Shown: positions 44,266-54,132, counted from the first letter of the stretch. The stretch is 64,000 nt of DNA from a virus (IMGVR_UViG_3300018481_000020:1-64000), one strand, 5' to 3'. The notes: generated by a model not told the origin, from the letters alone. Program-made: numbers and translations.

Positions 44266-47200
44266 ATGCCGTACACGTCAGATGCTCAGCGCAAGTTCAT
44301 GCACGCGAAGCATCCTGAGATCGCGGCGAAGTGGGATGCCGAGATCCGTGGGAAGAAGAAGAAGATCGCGAAGGGCTGGGCCAAGCCGATCGGCATCGGC
44401 GTGGGAGCCAGCGTGCTCGGTGGTGCTGCGGCCAACCAGATTCCTCCAGTGCAGAAGACTGAGTGGTACCAGGAGCGCCGGCGCAAGAAGAAGAAGAAGG
44501 GTCAGATCAAGAAGATGCTGGCCCCGGTCAGCGATGACCCCTTCTTCAACCAGGAGGCGGCCCAGAAGACCTTCGACCTGATCATGAAGATGGACGACGA
44601 CACCGCTGCGGTGTTCTGCTACATCGTCGCCTCGGACCTCCTGGAGCGGGAGGTGGAGGAGAACCGGGTCACCCTGCAGAAGCACCTGGACGAGGTGGTG
44701 GCCAAGCGACTGACTGATCTGAAGAAGGCCACCCTGCGGGCGGTCAGCAAGGGCATGGAGAATCCTCAGCCGTACGCCCAGGCGCTGGCCATGATCGACT
44801 CGATGATCAGCAAGGCTGATGACGACATCCCGGACTGGGAGTTCGAGCGCAAGATCAAGCGCGACCCCTCCTCGGGTCGGTTCCGGACCAAGTTCAGGTC
44901 CACGCCGCTGAAGAAGCCGATGCCAGACAAGACTGCGAAGACGCTGGGGATCGCAGGTATCACCGGTGATAGGTACAAGAACAAAATGAGTCCCAAGGAG
45001 AAGGCCCGCTACCAGCACCAGTACCTGCAGATAGCCGACTTCCTGGGCGCGGTGAATGCTGCCACCGATGGCGACAACGAGACCTTGGTCCACTTCCGGA
45101 ACGAGGCGACCGGAGAGACCTGGGCAGAGAAGGCCACCAGCACCAAGCCCATGACCACCATGCTGGAAGAGAACGTCTGGGCGGTAGCTGCCGAGGCGAA
45201 GCCAACCACCCTGTCCGTGGGCGGGGCGGCGTTCAGCCTGGCTGGAGCAGCCGGCAAGACCATGTCTGCTGATCAGGTGAAGGCCTTCAACACCGCTGGG
45301 GAGAAGAGTGACGAGTGGAAGGCCTCCTGGCTCACCGACGATAACGGGCAGAACCAGAATGCTCGGCTCTACCAGCGCACGCACACTTTGGGGACGGTGG
45401 CCCAGGAGCTGGGGCCTGATGGCAGCAAGGTTCAACTGGCCGGCAAGATGGCCTCGATCGTCGGACAGTACGGACCTCAGGCCGAAGAGGTGCTCGGGCC
45501 CAGTGCCAGGAAGACCGCCTACCGGTACCGGGGCACGGAGCGGACTCCCGACGAGCGGCTGATCGGTATGTACTCCCGGGCTATCGATCAGAACAAGCGC
45601 CAGGGCGGGCTCAACCCCTTCGAGGAACAGGCTGAGAACCGGATCAGGACTGCGCGCGGAGCCAAGAAGCAGCCGTTCGGGTCTGAGACCGGAGTACGTG
45701 GCAAGGGATCTTCGCGGCCTATGGCTCAGCCCGGAGTCACGCCGGCGATCACCCAGATGGTCCGGGAGCGAGAGGCTGCTGCCGGTCGTGCACCGGATTG
45801 GCGTGAGCGGGAGTTGGGCCGGGTGGCAGTACAGCGCTACCTGATGGACGAGCTGCCCTCCAAGAAGTACTACAAGCTCCAGCTGGCATCAGGGAACACG
45901 CCGCCTTCCGAGGGTGTGATCATCAACTCCGAGGGCCAGATCGTCACCCAGGCCGTGGGCTATGGCGATGACCACTACCTGCCGTTCAACCTGAAGAACC
46001 TCAAGGGACTCAAGGGCGGGGAGTACATCCGGAACCGCTCGGTGGGTGGGCTGACCGCCGAGGATGTGTACACCGGGCTGATCAGCGGAGCCCGCCGGGT
46101 GACCGTGGTATCCCGCTCGGGAACGTTCACGATGGAGTTCAAGCCGGACTTCCGGGGTGGTCGGCGGCACAACGACAAGGCTCGGCGGATGACCAGGCGC
46201 TACGAGCAGGTCCTGGATGCGGTGCAGTCTGAGCAGGTAGAGCGGGCCCCCGTGCCGATGCGTTGGCGCAAGATGATCGAGGAAGAGGTCAAGGCCGAGT
46301 ACGGGCCCACTGCTTCACCGCGTCTGGTTCGGGCCGAGATCGATGCTCGGGAGAGGGAGTTCAAGGCCAACCCTCAGGTCAACGGTCGGGACATGGATCG
46401 GGCCGAGGCCAGCATCAGCCAGTTCGAGGAGCAGCAGAAGCGAGGCCTGGTCAGTGCACAGGACGTGGCCGACTACCGCAAGCAAATCCATAGTGAGCTG
46501 CGCGATCTCAAGGAGATCCACTTCCGGCTGAACGGGGTCGGCTACGAGGCTGCCCTGGACTCCTTGCGCGAGCAGTTCCCCTACTACATCGACGCCCAGT
46601 CGCACCCGACCGCAGAGAACCTGGAGGGTGAGATCCAGGAGCACGAGATGGACATGGGCTACGTGGAGCCCGGCCGGAATCGACCCACCTCGGCCCAGGC
46701 TGGCTGGTTCGGCACTCGCAAGGAGGAGAGCGGCAAGTTCTCTGCGGCCTACTCCGATTACCAGCGTGGTCTGCCGGGTACGCCGGAGCCGCACGGGCAC
46801 CCGCGTGAGAAGGGGAAGTTCAAGCCCACCAACGTCACTTCTTCCACCGGCTCTTCTGGCGGCGGTGCGAGTGTAGGCCTGCGTTCGGATCGTGAGCGGA
46901 CTCGGGACGCTGCGATTGAGGCCCTCCAGGCGAACCAGGCCAAGGAAGGTGTGATCAGCTCCGCAGTGGCCCTGCAGCAGGCAGTCAAGGTGCACAAGCC
47001 GCCCACGGGTATCTCCACCCCGGAATGGTGGTATCACTCCGAGGATCAGATGCGGGAGTACCTGGGCAACGATGCGAACCGGAAGAAGTTCGACACCACC
47101 GTCAGCCAGATCGGAGCGGCCGACTTCGATGAGGCCGGAGCCTCACGGCCGTGGCAGGCCTACCAGACCGCCCGCAAGCGCACCGGTGGTGGTAAGCCCT

Positions 47201-47970
47201 ACTCCCCTGAGCACGCAAACACCTGGCCGACGGAGGGCCCGTACAAGTTCACTGGTGACAACGAGCGGGATGCCTACCGGGCCAGCCCGTTGCCCGGTGC
47301 GGTTGATATTGAGGTCAAGCGACTGGATGGTGAGGACACCTCACTGAAGTTCGGTCGACCACTGTCCGCGCTCAACGGCCGTGAACTCCGCGAGGAGTTC
47401 GAGCTGTCCAAGAACGTGCGCGAGGCGATGAAGACTGCGAAGCTGCAGGGCACGGCAGCCCAGGACGCACTGGGCTCGCAGTTCCAGAACTCTGGATCTG
47501 CCTTCGCCAGCAACTTCTTCCGCGACGACGCTGGTGCCGCCAAGCACTTGGAGAACATCCACCGGATGCACCACCTGAAGTCAAAGAGTGGTGGTGGAAC
47601 CACGGGTGGCGGACCTGTCGGTGGAGTCGGTGGCTTCGGACGGCCCACTCCTCCCCGACCTGGTGGACAAGCTCCTAGTGGAGCCAGGGTCCAACCTCCG
47701 CAAGGTGGTGGTGACAGTAGTGGTCGGTTCGTGGAGCTCGACCCAGACGACGAGAGGTTGGTCGAGGACGCTCGTCGGAAGTACCTGAAGGCTGCCGAGC
47801 AACTCATCTTGAATCCGGAGAGTCAAGAAGAACATGATGCGCTGTACATGTTCAAGGAAGGGATGAAGGGGTCTCATCCGGCGAAGGGATTCAATGAGCA
47901 CACCAAGTGGCTCGAAGAGCTGCCTGACAAGACTCGGACGAAGCTATATGCGCAAGCGGGCTACTCGTGA
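44266..47970 (+). CDS. large multidomain head-associated protein (1234 aa)
   Basis: MPYTSDAQRKFMHAKHPEIA leader, Gly zipper, RDxxxGRF motif, degenerate JAB-like segment. Confidence 0.8.
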   Translation: MPYTSDAQRKFMHAKHPEIAAKWDAEIRGKKKKIAKGWAKPIGIGVGASVLGGAAANQIPPVQKTEWYQERRRKKKKKGQIKKMLAPVSDDPFFNQEAAQKTFDLIMKMDDDTAAVFCYIVASDLLEREVEENRVTLQKHLDEVVAKRLTDLKKATLRAVSKGMENPQPYAQALAMIDSMISKADDDIPDWEFERKIKRDPSSGRFRTKFRSTPLKKPMPDKTAKTLGIAGITGDRYKNKMSPKEKARYQHQYLQIADFLGAVNAATDGDNETLVHFRNEATGETWAEKATSTKPMTTMLEENVWAVAAEAKPTTLSVGGAAFSLAGAAGKTMSADQVKAFNTAGEKSDEWKASWLTDDNGQNQNARLYQRTHTLGTVAQELGPDGSKVQLAGKMASIVGQYGPQAEEVLGPSARKTAYRYRGTERTPDERLIGMYSRAIDQNKRQGGLNPFEEQAENRIRTARGAKKQPFGSETGVRGKGSSRPMAQPGVTPAITQMVREREAAAGRAPDWRERELGRVAVQRYLMDELPSKKYYKLQLASGNTPPSEGVIINSEGQIVTQAVGYGDDHYLPFNLKNLKGLKGGEYIRNRSVGGLTAEDVYTGLISGARRVTVVSRSGTFTMEFKPDFRGGRRHNDKARRMTRRYEQVLDAVQSEQVERAPVPMRWRKMIEEEVKAEYGPTASPRLVRAEIDAREREFKANPQVNGRDMDRAEASISQFEEQQKRGLVSAQDVADYRKQIHSELRDLKEIHFRLNGVGYEAALDSLREQFPYYIDAQSHPTAENLEGEIQEHEMDMGYVEPGRNRPTSAQAGWFGTRKEESGKFSAAYSDYQRGLPGTPEPHGHPREKGKFKPTNVTSSTGSSGGGASVGLRSDRERTRDAAIEALQANQAKEGVISSAVALQQAVKVHKPPTGISTPEWWYHSEDQMREYLGNDANRKKFDTTVSQIGAADFDEAGASRPWQAYQTARKRTGGGKPYSPEHANTWPTEGPYKFTGDNERDAYRASPLPGAVDIEVKRLDGEDTSLKFGRPLSALNGRELREEFELSKNVREAMKTAKLQGTAAQDALGSQFQNSGSAFASNFFRDDAGAAKHLENIHRMHHLKSKSGGGTTGGGPVGGVGGFGRPTPPRPGGQAPSGARVQPPQGGGDSSGRFVELDPDDERLVEDARRKYLKAAEQLILNPESQEEHDALYMFKEGMKGSHPAKGFNEHTKWLEELPDKTRTKLYAQAGYS

Positions 47971-49985
47971 CCATTGCGCCGTTCGTCGAGCTCGGGTTCC
48001 ACCCGACTGATCTGCGGCCTGGGGATCTGCCCAAGACCGGGGCATTCCTCGGATCCCCGGCCGAGGCGATGGAGGCCGCGCTGGCCATCGTCCGGGCTCG
48101 GATGGTCGACCAGATGCACGCCGAGATCAAGGGGATCGCACAACCCACTCAAGCCCAGCTGCTGACCATCATGGACCTGGCCTGGCAGGGCATCTTCCCG
48201 GCGTTCCGGAAGGTGTCCGCCCCGATGATGGCCGATGCCTATATCCGGGCATACCGCTCAGCTGATGCCGGTGACGTACCGCTGAGTGTGATCTACGCAC
48301 TGGCTGACAAGCATGCGGAGAAGGTGGGGCTGTACTTCTACGGATCCTCCCGCGAGGCTATGGCCGAGGGGTTCAACACCCTGGTCAACCGGCGATTGCC
48401 GGCCAAGGCTGCTGCTGGGAAGTTGATGGATGCCTGGGGTCTGACTCCACGGCAGGTGCAGGCGTTCATTGCTTCCCAGCAGCTCGATACTCCAGTGAAG
48501 TCGGCGTCCCCATTCGCACTGAAGGCCAGGGCCCGGGCCTACATCGACCGAGCCTTCACCTCCAGGGCCAAGAAGCTGAGTGCTCAGGAGGAGCACAACA
48601 TCGAGGAGCAGGCGAAGCAGTACGCCTGGATGTGGCTCCAGGACAAGGGCCGGCTGTCGAAGAAGGCCCAAAAGATCTGGATCACCGCCAAGGACGAGAA
48701 GGTGTGCAAGGTCTGCGGTCCGCTGAACGGGAAGAAGGTCGGAGTCAATGAGCAGTTCCGCACCCCCAAGGGAGAGTTCTGGACTCCCGGTGTGCACCCG
48801 AACTGCCGCTGCTATATCCGGCTGATCGAGAACCGGTTCTCCAAGTCCGCCTTCGGGATAGTCAGGAAGGACCTGGCCGGCACTGCCCTGGCGGAGTTCA
48901 ACGAGCTGCACCCACGCACGGAGTCAGGTCGGTTCGGTACCAAGGCCCGGACCAAGACCATCGATGTGGATGAGGAGTTCAAGCGGCTGGTGTCCCAGCC
49001 GAGCTTGATCAAGCCGGTACGACACCTCACCTACGCCGATGCCGAGCCTGATCCCGAGATCGACGAGCAGTTCTTCCAGCTGATCTCAGCCCAGCCGAAG
49101 CGGCGGGGGTTCACCTCGGTCTGGGGCAGCCCACTGGAGGTGAAGACCTTCCGGGAGGAGGCAAAAGCACAGATCGCTGATGTCGAGCCGATGATCAACT
49201 TCGCCGCTGACGTGGCGGTAGAACTAAGAGCCAAGTCCAGGCTGGAGACCAAGCCGAAGCAGCGGATGAAGACTCCGACCATCCCTGTCGGGCAGCCGGC
49301 GTTCGCCGTGATCCAGAACGAACTACTTGGAGACGGAGAGATCGACCGGATCCGTTTCAACCACGGCGTCACCTTCCATACCGACGCGATCGGCGCGGCC
49401 CAGGAGGCTGGCGAGCTGAAGAAGGAAATCGTCGATCGCAAGGTGGACGACATGATCGACCAGCTCGCTAAGGATCGTGGGCGGACGGTCAAGATGGAGG
49501 ACCCGAAGACCGGGGAGATGCTCTACGCCAAGATGAGGCCCAAGGACATCGAGGCGATTGCTGACTGGTACGGGCGGAGCGCTACCTCGCATCACCACGA
49601 TGACTTCGATCCTGAAGACCTGGAAGATGAAGGTGCTCAGCTCGACTGGGGGGACCGGGAGGGGACTGTGGTCACTTGGTACAACGAGAAGGGCGAGGCC
49701 TGGGGAACAGACCAGATGTCCTATCGCCATCTAGGTCACACTTACTTTGCGCAACGATCCTCGGACTACGAGGTCTATGTGGCCGGGATTGACCAGATTG
49801 CGACTGATAGTGAAGTGAACGACATCAGCGGTAGCGCGAACAGCAGGCACCGGGAGTTCAGTGTCGATGGCGACTACGTGCTCCGCCCGGAGACAGTGAA
49901 GCGGACCAAGGCTGATCACTTCTACGACGCCACCAGCTTCATGATGGACCCGGAGGGATCCGTGGAACTGCCCAAGGACGAGTAG
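47967..49985 (+). CDS. MuF-like minor head protein with unknown C-terminal extension
   Basis: KIWITAKDEKVCKVC...PGVHPNCRC; HPRTESGRF. Confidence 0.85.
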   Translation: MTIAPFVELGFHPTDLRPGDLPKTGAFLGSPAEAMEAALAIVRARMVDQMHAEIKGIAQPTQAQLLTIMDLAWQGIFPAFRKVSAPMMADAYIRAYRSADAGDVPLSVIYALADKHAEKVGLYFYGSSREAMAEGFNTLVNRRLPAKAAAGKLMDAWGLTPRQVQAFIASQQLDTPVKSASPFALKARARAYIDRAFTSRAKKLSAQEEHNIEEQAKQYAWMWLQDKGRLSKKAQKIWITAKDEKVCKVCGPLNGKKVGVNEQFRTPKGEFWTPGVHPNCRCYIRLIENRFSKSAFGIVRKDLAGTALAEFNELHPRTESGRFGTKARTKTIDVDEEFKRLVSQPSLIKPVRHLTYADAEPDPEIDEQFFQLISAQPKRRGFTSVWGSPLEVKTFREEAKAQIADVEPMINFAADVAVELRAKSRLETKPKQRMKTPTIPVGQPAFAVIQNELLGDGEIDRIRFNHGVTFHTDAIGAAQEAGELKKEIVDRKVDDMIDQLAKDRGRTVKMEDPKTGEMLYAKMRPKDIEAIADWYGRSATSHHHDDFDPEDLEDEGAQLDWGDREGTVVTWYNEKGEAWGTDQMSYRHLGHTYFAQRSSDYEVYVAGIDQIATDSEVNDISGSANSRHREFSVDGDYVLRPETVKRTKADHFYDATSFMMDPEGSVELPKDE

Positions 49986-50007
49986 CGCAGATGAGGACGA
50001 TGGAGCT

Positions 50008-51048
50008 ATGAGCACAGTGCATGAGCTGCTGGCCACCGACGACACGTTCCGTGAGGTGGCTGATCTGCTGTTCGGTGGGGGCGGGGACCAGCTGATCAGC
50101 AAGATGAACCCGGCCCAGTCCGATGTGGGTTCCCATGGCGGGATGTCGGATCAGAAGAAGCGGAAGATCACCGCCGGCCTGAGCGCAGTAGGTGCGGCTG
50201 CTGGTGGTGCTGGTCTGGCGCTCGGGGGACACAACGTCAGGCGTGGCTACAAGACCGCTCGTGGCCTGCAGAAGGCCGGCCAACTCGCTGGTGGGAAGAA
50301 GAAGGCACTCAAGACTGCCGTCAGTCACGAGAAGCTGGCCACTGGACTGGTTCCACTGGAGATAGCTGGTCTGACCGGTGAGATCGCGGCCACCAAGATC
50401 CTGCACGGGGACACCAAGAAGAAGCAAGGCTCATTGGTCAAGAAGAACCTGGGTGAACTGCTCAACAACGCTTCAGACAAGGCACCGAGCAAGCGGAACG
50501 CTACCAAGGCTGTACTGGACCCGAACAAGCGGCGCAAGGGTCTGGAGTACACCAAGAAGACCGGAGGCGCGCTGCGCCGACTGCCGGACAAGGTGAAGAC
50601 CACCAACGAGGTGAAGAAGTCAGAATCGCCCACAGACCAGGTCGAGGTGGTCTGGGAGGGCGAGATCGCCAAGGCGGACTCCGACAAGCAGCAACTCTTC
50701 GGCTGGGCCTCGGTGATCGAGGTCAACGGCGAGCCGGTGGTGGACCTGCAGGGTGACTACATCTCCGCCGATGAGATGGAGAAGGCCGCCTACTCCTATG
50801 TGCAGAAGTCTCGCAAGGGCGGGGACATGCACCTGCGTGATGAGTGGGAGCCGATCCAGAAGTCGGAGATGATCGAGAGCTTCATCGTCACACCCGAGAA
50901 GCGTGAGGCCATGGGTCTGCCGGAATCGGTGCCCACCGGCTGGTGGGTGGGGTTCAAGGTCAACGACCCCGATGTCTGGTCCAAGGTGAAGTCGGGCGAG
51001 CGGACCGGGTTCTCGATCCACGGGCAGGGTCGGCGCACGCCGGCGTGA
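50008..51048 (+). CDS. XkdF-like capsid maturation protease
   Basis: FGWASV...DLQGDYI...EKAAY...GGDMH...GWWVGFKV.D..W.KVKSG..TGFSIHG. Confidence 0.88.
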   Translation: MSTVHELLATDDTFREVADLLFGGGGDQLISKMNPAQSDVGSHGGMSDQKKRKITAGLSAVGAAAGGAGLALGGHNVRRGYKTARGLQKAGQLAGGKKKALKTAVSHEKLATGLVPLEIAGLTGEIAATKILHGDTKKKQGSLVKKNLGELLNNASDKAPSKRNATKAVLDPNKRRKGLEYTKKTGGALRRLPDKVKTTNEVKKSESPTDQVEVVWEGEIAKADSDKQQLFGWASVIEVNGEPVVDLQGDYISADEMEKAAYSYVQKSRKGGDMHLRDEWEPIQKSEMIESFIVTPEKREAMGLPESVPTGWWVGFKVNDPDVWSKVKSGERTGFSIHGQGRRTPA

Positions 51049-51052
51049 TCCG

Positions 51053-52369
51053 ATGATCAGCGCATTCGGCGTGGACCACGGGGGCGAGGTCTCGAAACTG
51101 GACGACCAGCAGAAGAAGCAAGCCGCTGCCGGTACCGCCGTAGGAGTCGGTGGGGCTGCGGCTGCCTCCCAGGTCCGGGTGCCCGAGCACTCGCACTACA
51201 ACAAGAAGACCCGGGCCTACCTGCACACACTGCCAGCTGGGGTGCACGAGGTGGACACCGCGATGCTGGGCAAGCGCCCCCGCAAGCTCGGAGCCAGGAA
51301 GCAGCAGACTCCGTACGTGGCCGCGATGGCTCAGGAACGTCCCGCGCCTTACTCGCCGGTGCCGATCACTCGATACAAAGGTGACAAGGGCGTCATCCAG
51401 CGTGACAACGCCCACTCGGTGATGGCAAACGCGATGAAGGGCAGGAAGACCACCATCAAGATCGAGGACTCTCCGCATCACCGTCCGGTTCGTCCCGCTG
51501 GTGAGGAAGCGGTCCGTCGACTCCAGGGCAGGTACCAGCAGCGCCGGCTGAGGCAGAACACGAATCTGTCTGAGAAGAAGATCAACCAGCACGTGAAGGC
51601 ATACAAGCCAAGCTCGCGGAAGGCCAACACCACTAAGCGCCCGCACGGTGTGATCGAGGATCAGATCAAGTCCAGTCGGCACAAGTACGGGGCCAAGGTG
51701 GCCTTGGGTCTGATTCGCAAGGATCAGCGACGCCGAGACACGGCCGCTGGAGCTGCCGGGGTGGCGGGCGGAGGCGTACTGGCCACCACCCCGGTTCGGC
51801 GCTCGGGAGCCAAGGTGAAGATCCACGAGACCAAGTCGGGACCAAGGATCAGGTCAGCCGAGGCCAAGAAGATCGTCAGTCCCGGCTACCGGCCAGGCAA
51901 CCGACGGGCCATCCAGGGGATGGCACACAAGCTGCCGAAGAACGCTCAGGGCCCAACCAAGGTGATCAGATACAAGGGCGGCCAGGTGATCCCCTGGGAC
52001 GGCAACCACCGTGCCACCGCACGGATCGCGCGCGGGGACAAGTCCATCCCGGTCAAGGTGATCGAGGGTGGTGAGCGGCCAGCAGTCAGCGTCACCCGAA
52101 ATGCCATCCATGTGGGACAACAGCGGGTGCACCAGCGTCGGATGAACCGTGGGGACTTCACATCTCTGGGCAAGCCGAGCAAGCCAGGCAAGGCCTACCA
52201 CGCCATCGCCAACGCCTCTCCGACTCGATCCGGCCGCAAGGAGCTGACCACCGTCCGAGCTGCCTCCGGTCCGACCAAGGCAGCGCTGCGTACCAAGCAA
52301 GGTGCGACAGTTACCGCAGGAGCAGCTCTCCTGGGAACTGCTCACCACCTGAACCGGAAGAAGGACTGA
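51053..52369 (+). CDS. SAFG-leader protein 3; tandem ParB/Srx-like domains
   Basis: MISAFGVDHGGEVSK; WDGNHR...IPVKVI; duplicated RYKG unit. Confidence 0.75.
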   Translation: MISAFGVDHGGEVSKLDDQQKKQAAAGTAVGVGGAAAASQVRVPEHSHYNKKTRAYLHTLPAGVHEVDTAMLGKRPRKLGARKQQTPYVAAMAQERPAPYSPVPITRYKGDKGVIQRDNAHSVMANAMKGRKTTIKIEDSPHHRPVRPAGEEAVRRLQGRYQQRRLRQNTNLSEKKINQHVKAYKPSSRKANTTKRPHGVIEDQIKSSRHKYGAKVALGLIRKDQRRRDTAAGAAGVAGGGVLATTPVRRSGAKVKIHETKSGPRIRSAEAKKIVSPGYRPGNRRAIQGMAHKLPKNAQGPTKVIRYKGGQVIPWDGNHRATARIARGDKSIPVKVIEGGERPAVSVTRNAIHVGQQRVHQRRMNRGDFTSLGKPSKPGKAYHAIANASPTRSGRKELTTVRAASGPTKAALRTKQGATVTAGAALLGTAHHLNRKKD

Positions 52370-52370
52370 G

Positions 52371-53261
52371 ATGGCGCGAGCAATGAGCGACACCGAGATC
52401 AGGCATCGCAAGAAGCTCCAGGCCGGGGCCTCCCAGGCTGGCGGCGTGCTCGGACTGACTGCGCTCGGCGGCACCATGGTGGCCAGCAGGGGCGGTCGGA
52501 ACACCCTGCGCAAGATCCCACAGCTGAAGTCGCGACTGGCTGCCCCGCCGCCCAAGGACCCGAACCGGGACCGGATCAAGGGCGCGGTCACCCCAGTGCT
52601 GGCCACCGGGGCTGGTATCGGTGGAGCCTCGGCGTTCAACTTCGCCTCCTATACCCGCGCGGAGTCCAAGAAGCGACAGAAGCCAGCGGTGGTCGGCCAA
52701 CCACCGTCACGGATCAAGAAGAGAGAGGACGAGCCGATGGAGATGGGCTACTACGGTGAGGTCGGCCGTCCCGTCCGACTCACCGAGATCGAGGTGCCAG
52801 TCAGCAAGGCCTGGCAGCCATCGGCCGGGAACTTCGACTCCGAGACCGCTCGGAAGAAGCGGACCAAGGGATACCAGGGCGCTGCCCTGGTCGGGGCGGG
52901 TGCCGGTGGTGCCTATGCCGGACATCACGGGATGAAGGCCGCACACGCGGCTGGCAAGATCAAGCCAGTCTCGATGGGCCTCATGGAGACCAGGACGGTT
53001 GACGCCCATGGGACCACCCGCCGGGTGCCGAAGGTGGCCGGCAGAAGGGGTTCCAAGAAGGCGCACGTGATCGAGGAGAAGGCGATCCCGACGAAGGCGC
53101 TGAAGGCTGCTGGCAAGCATGGTGGTCGAACTGCCCTTGGAGTGGGTGCGGTGGCCGCTGCTGCCGGCACTCATCGGGCGCTGAAGCGCAAGGAGAAGGG
53201 CTCCTGGCAGCCATATGCGAAGCGTGACTCGGCCAGCGCGTTCGGAATCAACCACGCATGA
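52371..53261 (+). CDS. basic Gly-zipper protein with C-terminal SAFG motif
   Basis: Four Gly/Ala segments; ends YAKRDSASAFGINHA. Confidence 0.75.
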   Translation: MARAMSDTEIRHRKKLQAGASQAGGVLGLTALGGTMVASRGGRNTLRKIPQLKSRLAAPPPKDPNRDRIKGAVTPVLATGAGIGGASAFNFASYTRAESKKRQKPAVVGQPPSRIKKREDEPMEMGYYGEVGRPVRLTEIEVPVSKAWQPSAGNFDSETARKKRTKGYQGAALVGAGAGGAYAGHHGMKAAHAAGKIKPVSMGLMETRTVDAHGTTRRVPKVAGRRGSKKAHVIEEKAIPTKALKAAGKHGGRTALGVGAVAAAAGTHRALKRKEKGSWQPYAKRDSASAFGINHA

Positions 53262-53301
53262 GTGGACAGCACCGTGAGACTGAGAACTAGAGGTAGATGA
53301 A

Positions 53302-54132
53302 ATGCCACGTCCAAGGATGAACTTGACCGACATGGATATCGATGAGATCTCCACGGTCGACAAGGCAGCGAACCAGCTCTCGCGGTTCGTCATCGCGAAG
53401 AGGGCTCCCGAGGAGGATGAGATGCCCAAGCTTTTCAACCAGGAGGGACAGCCCCTCGATGAGCAGGACCTTGAGTTCGGTGATGTTGTGTTCGACGACC
53501 AGGGCAATGCCTATGAGTACGTCGAAGACGGCGACACCGAAGAGTACGAAGTGCACGAAGAAGAGTCTCAGCCAGAGCTTGCCGGAGTCGGCAAGCGGGC
53601 ACCGGAACAGTCCGCCTTCTTCGAGAACAAGCCTCAGCAGGGCTCGTTCACTGCATCGGTGATGGAGGAGCTCTCCAAGGCGTTCTCCGATGAGGATCGC
53701 GACCAGGTGATCGCCAAGGCGCTGGGTCGGGTCGAGCAGATCGAGTCCCAGTTCAGTGAGGTCGCCAAGGCGGCCCAGGCTGAGCGCGACCTTCGGCTCA
53801 CTCGGGAGTACATCTCCAAGGCCGCCGAGTACAACCTCCCGGTCGACGCAGCTGAGCTTGGTCCGGTGCTCTACCGGATGGCCGAGCAGATGAGCTATGA
53901 CGACTGCTCGGTGATCGCCAAGTGCCTGGAGACGGCCGGCGAGATCATCTACGAAGAGGTCGGCTACCAGGGTGGCGGCGACAACGCCGATGTCTACTCC
54001 CAGGTCGCGCAGCACGCCTACGACACATTCGGCAAGGCCGAGGACTTCACTGAGGTCACGGCCATCAACAAGGTGTTCGACGACAACCCGGATGCCTACG
54101 ACGAGTACCTGGCCGCGCAGCGGAACCAGTAG
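53302..54132 (+). CDS. scaffolding protein with N-terminal protease-like strand
   Basis: Acidic, helical, upstream of the capsid genes; EISTVDKAAN. Confidence 0.8.
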   Translation: MPRPRMNLTDMDIDEISTVDKAANQLSRFVIAKRAPEEDEMPKLFNQEGQPLDEQDLEFGDVVFDDQGNAYEYVEDGDTEEYEVHEEESQPELAGVGKRAPEQSAFFENKPQQGSFTASVMEELSKAFSDEDRDQVIAKALGRVEQIESQFSEVAKAAQAERDLRLTREYISKAAEYNLPVDAAELGPVLYRMAEQMSYDDCSVIAKCLETAGEIIYEEVGYQGGGDNADVYSQVAQHAYDTFGKAEDFTEVTAINKVFDDNPDAYDEYLAAQRNQ

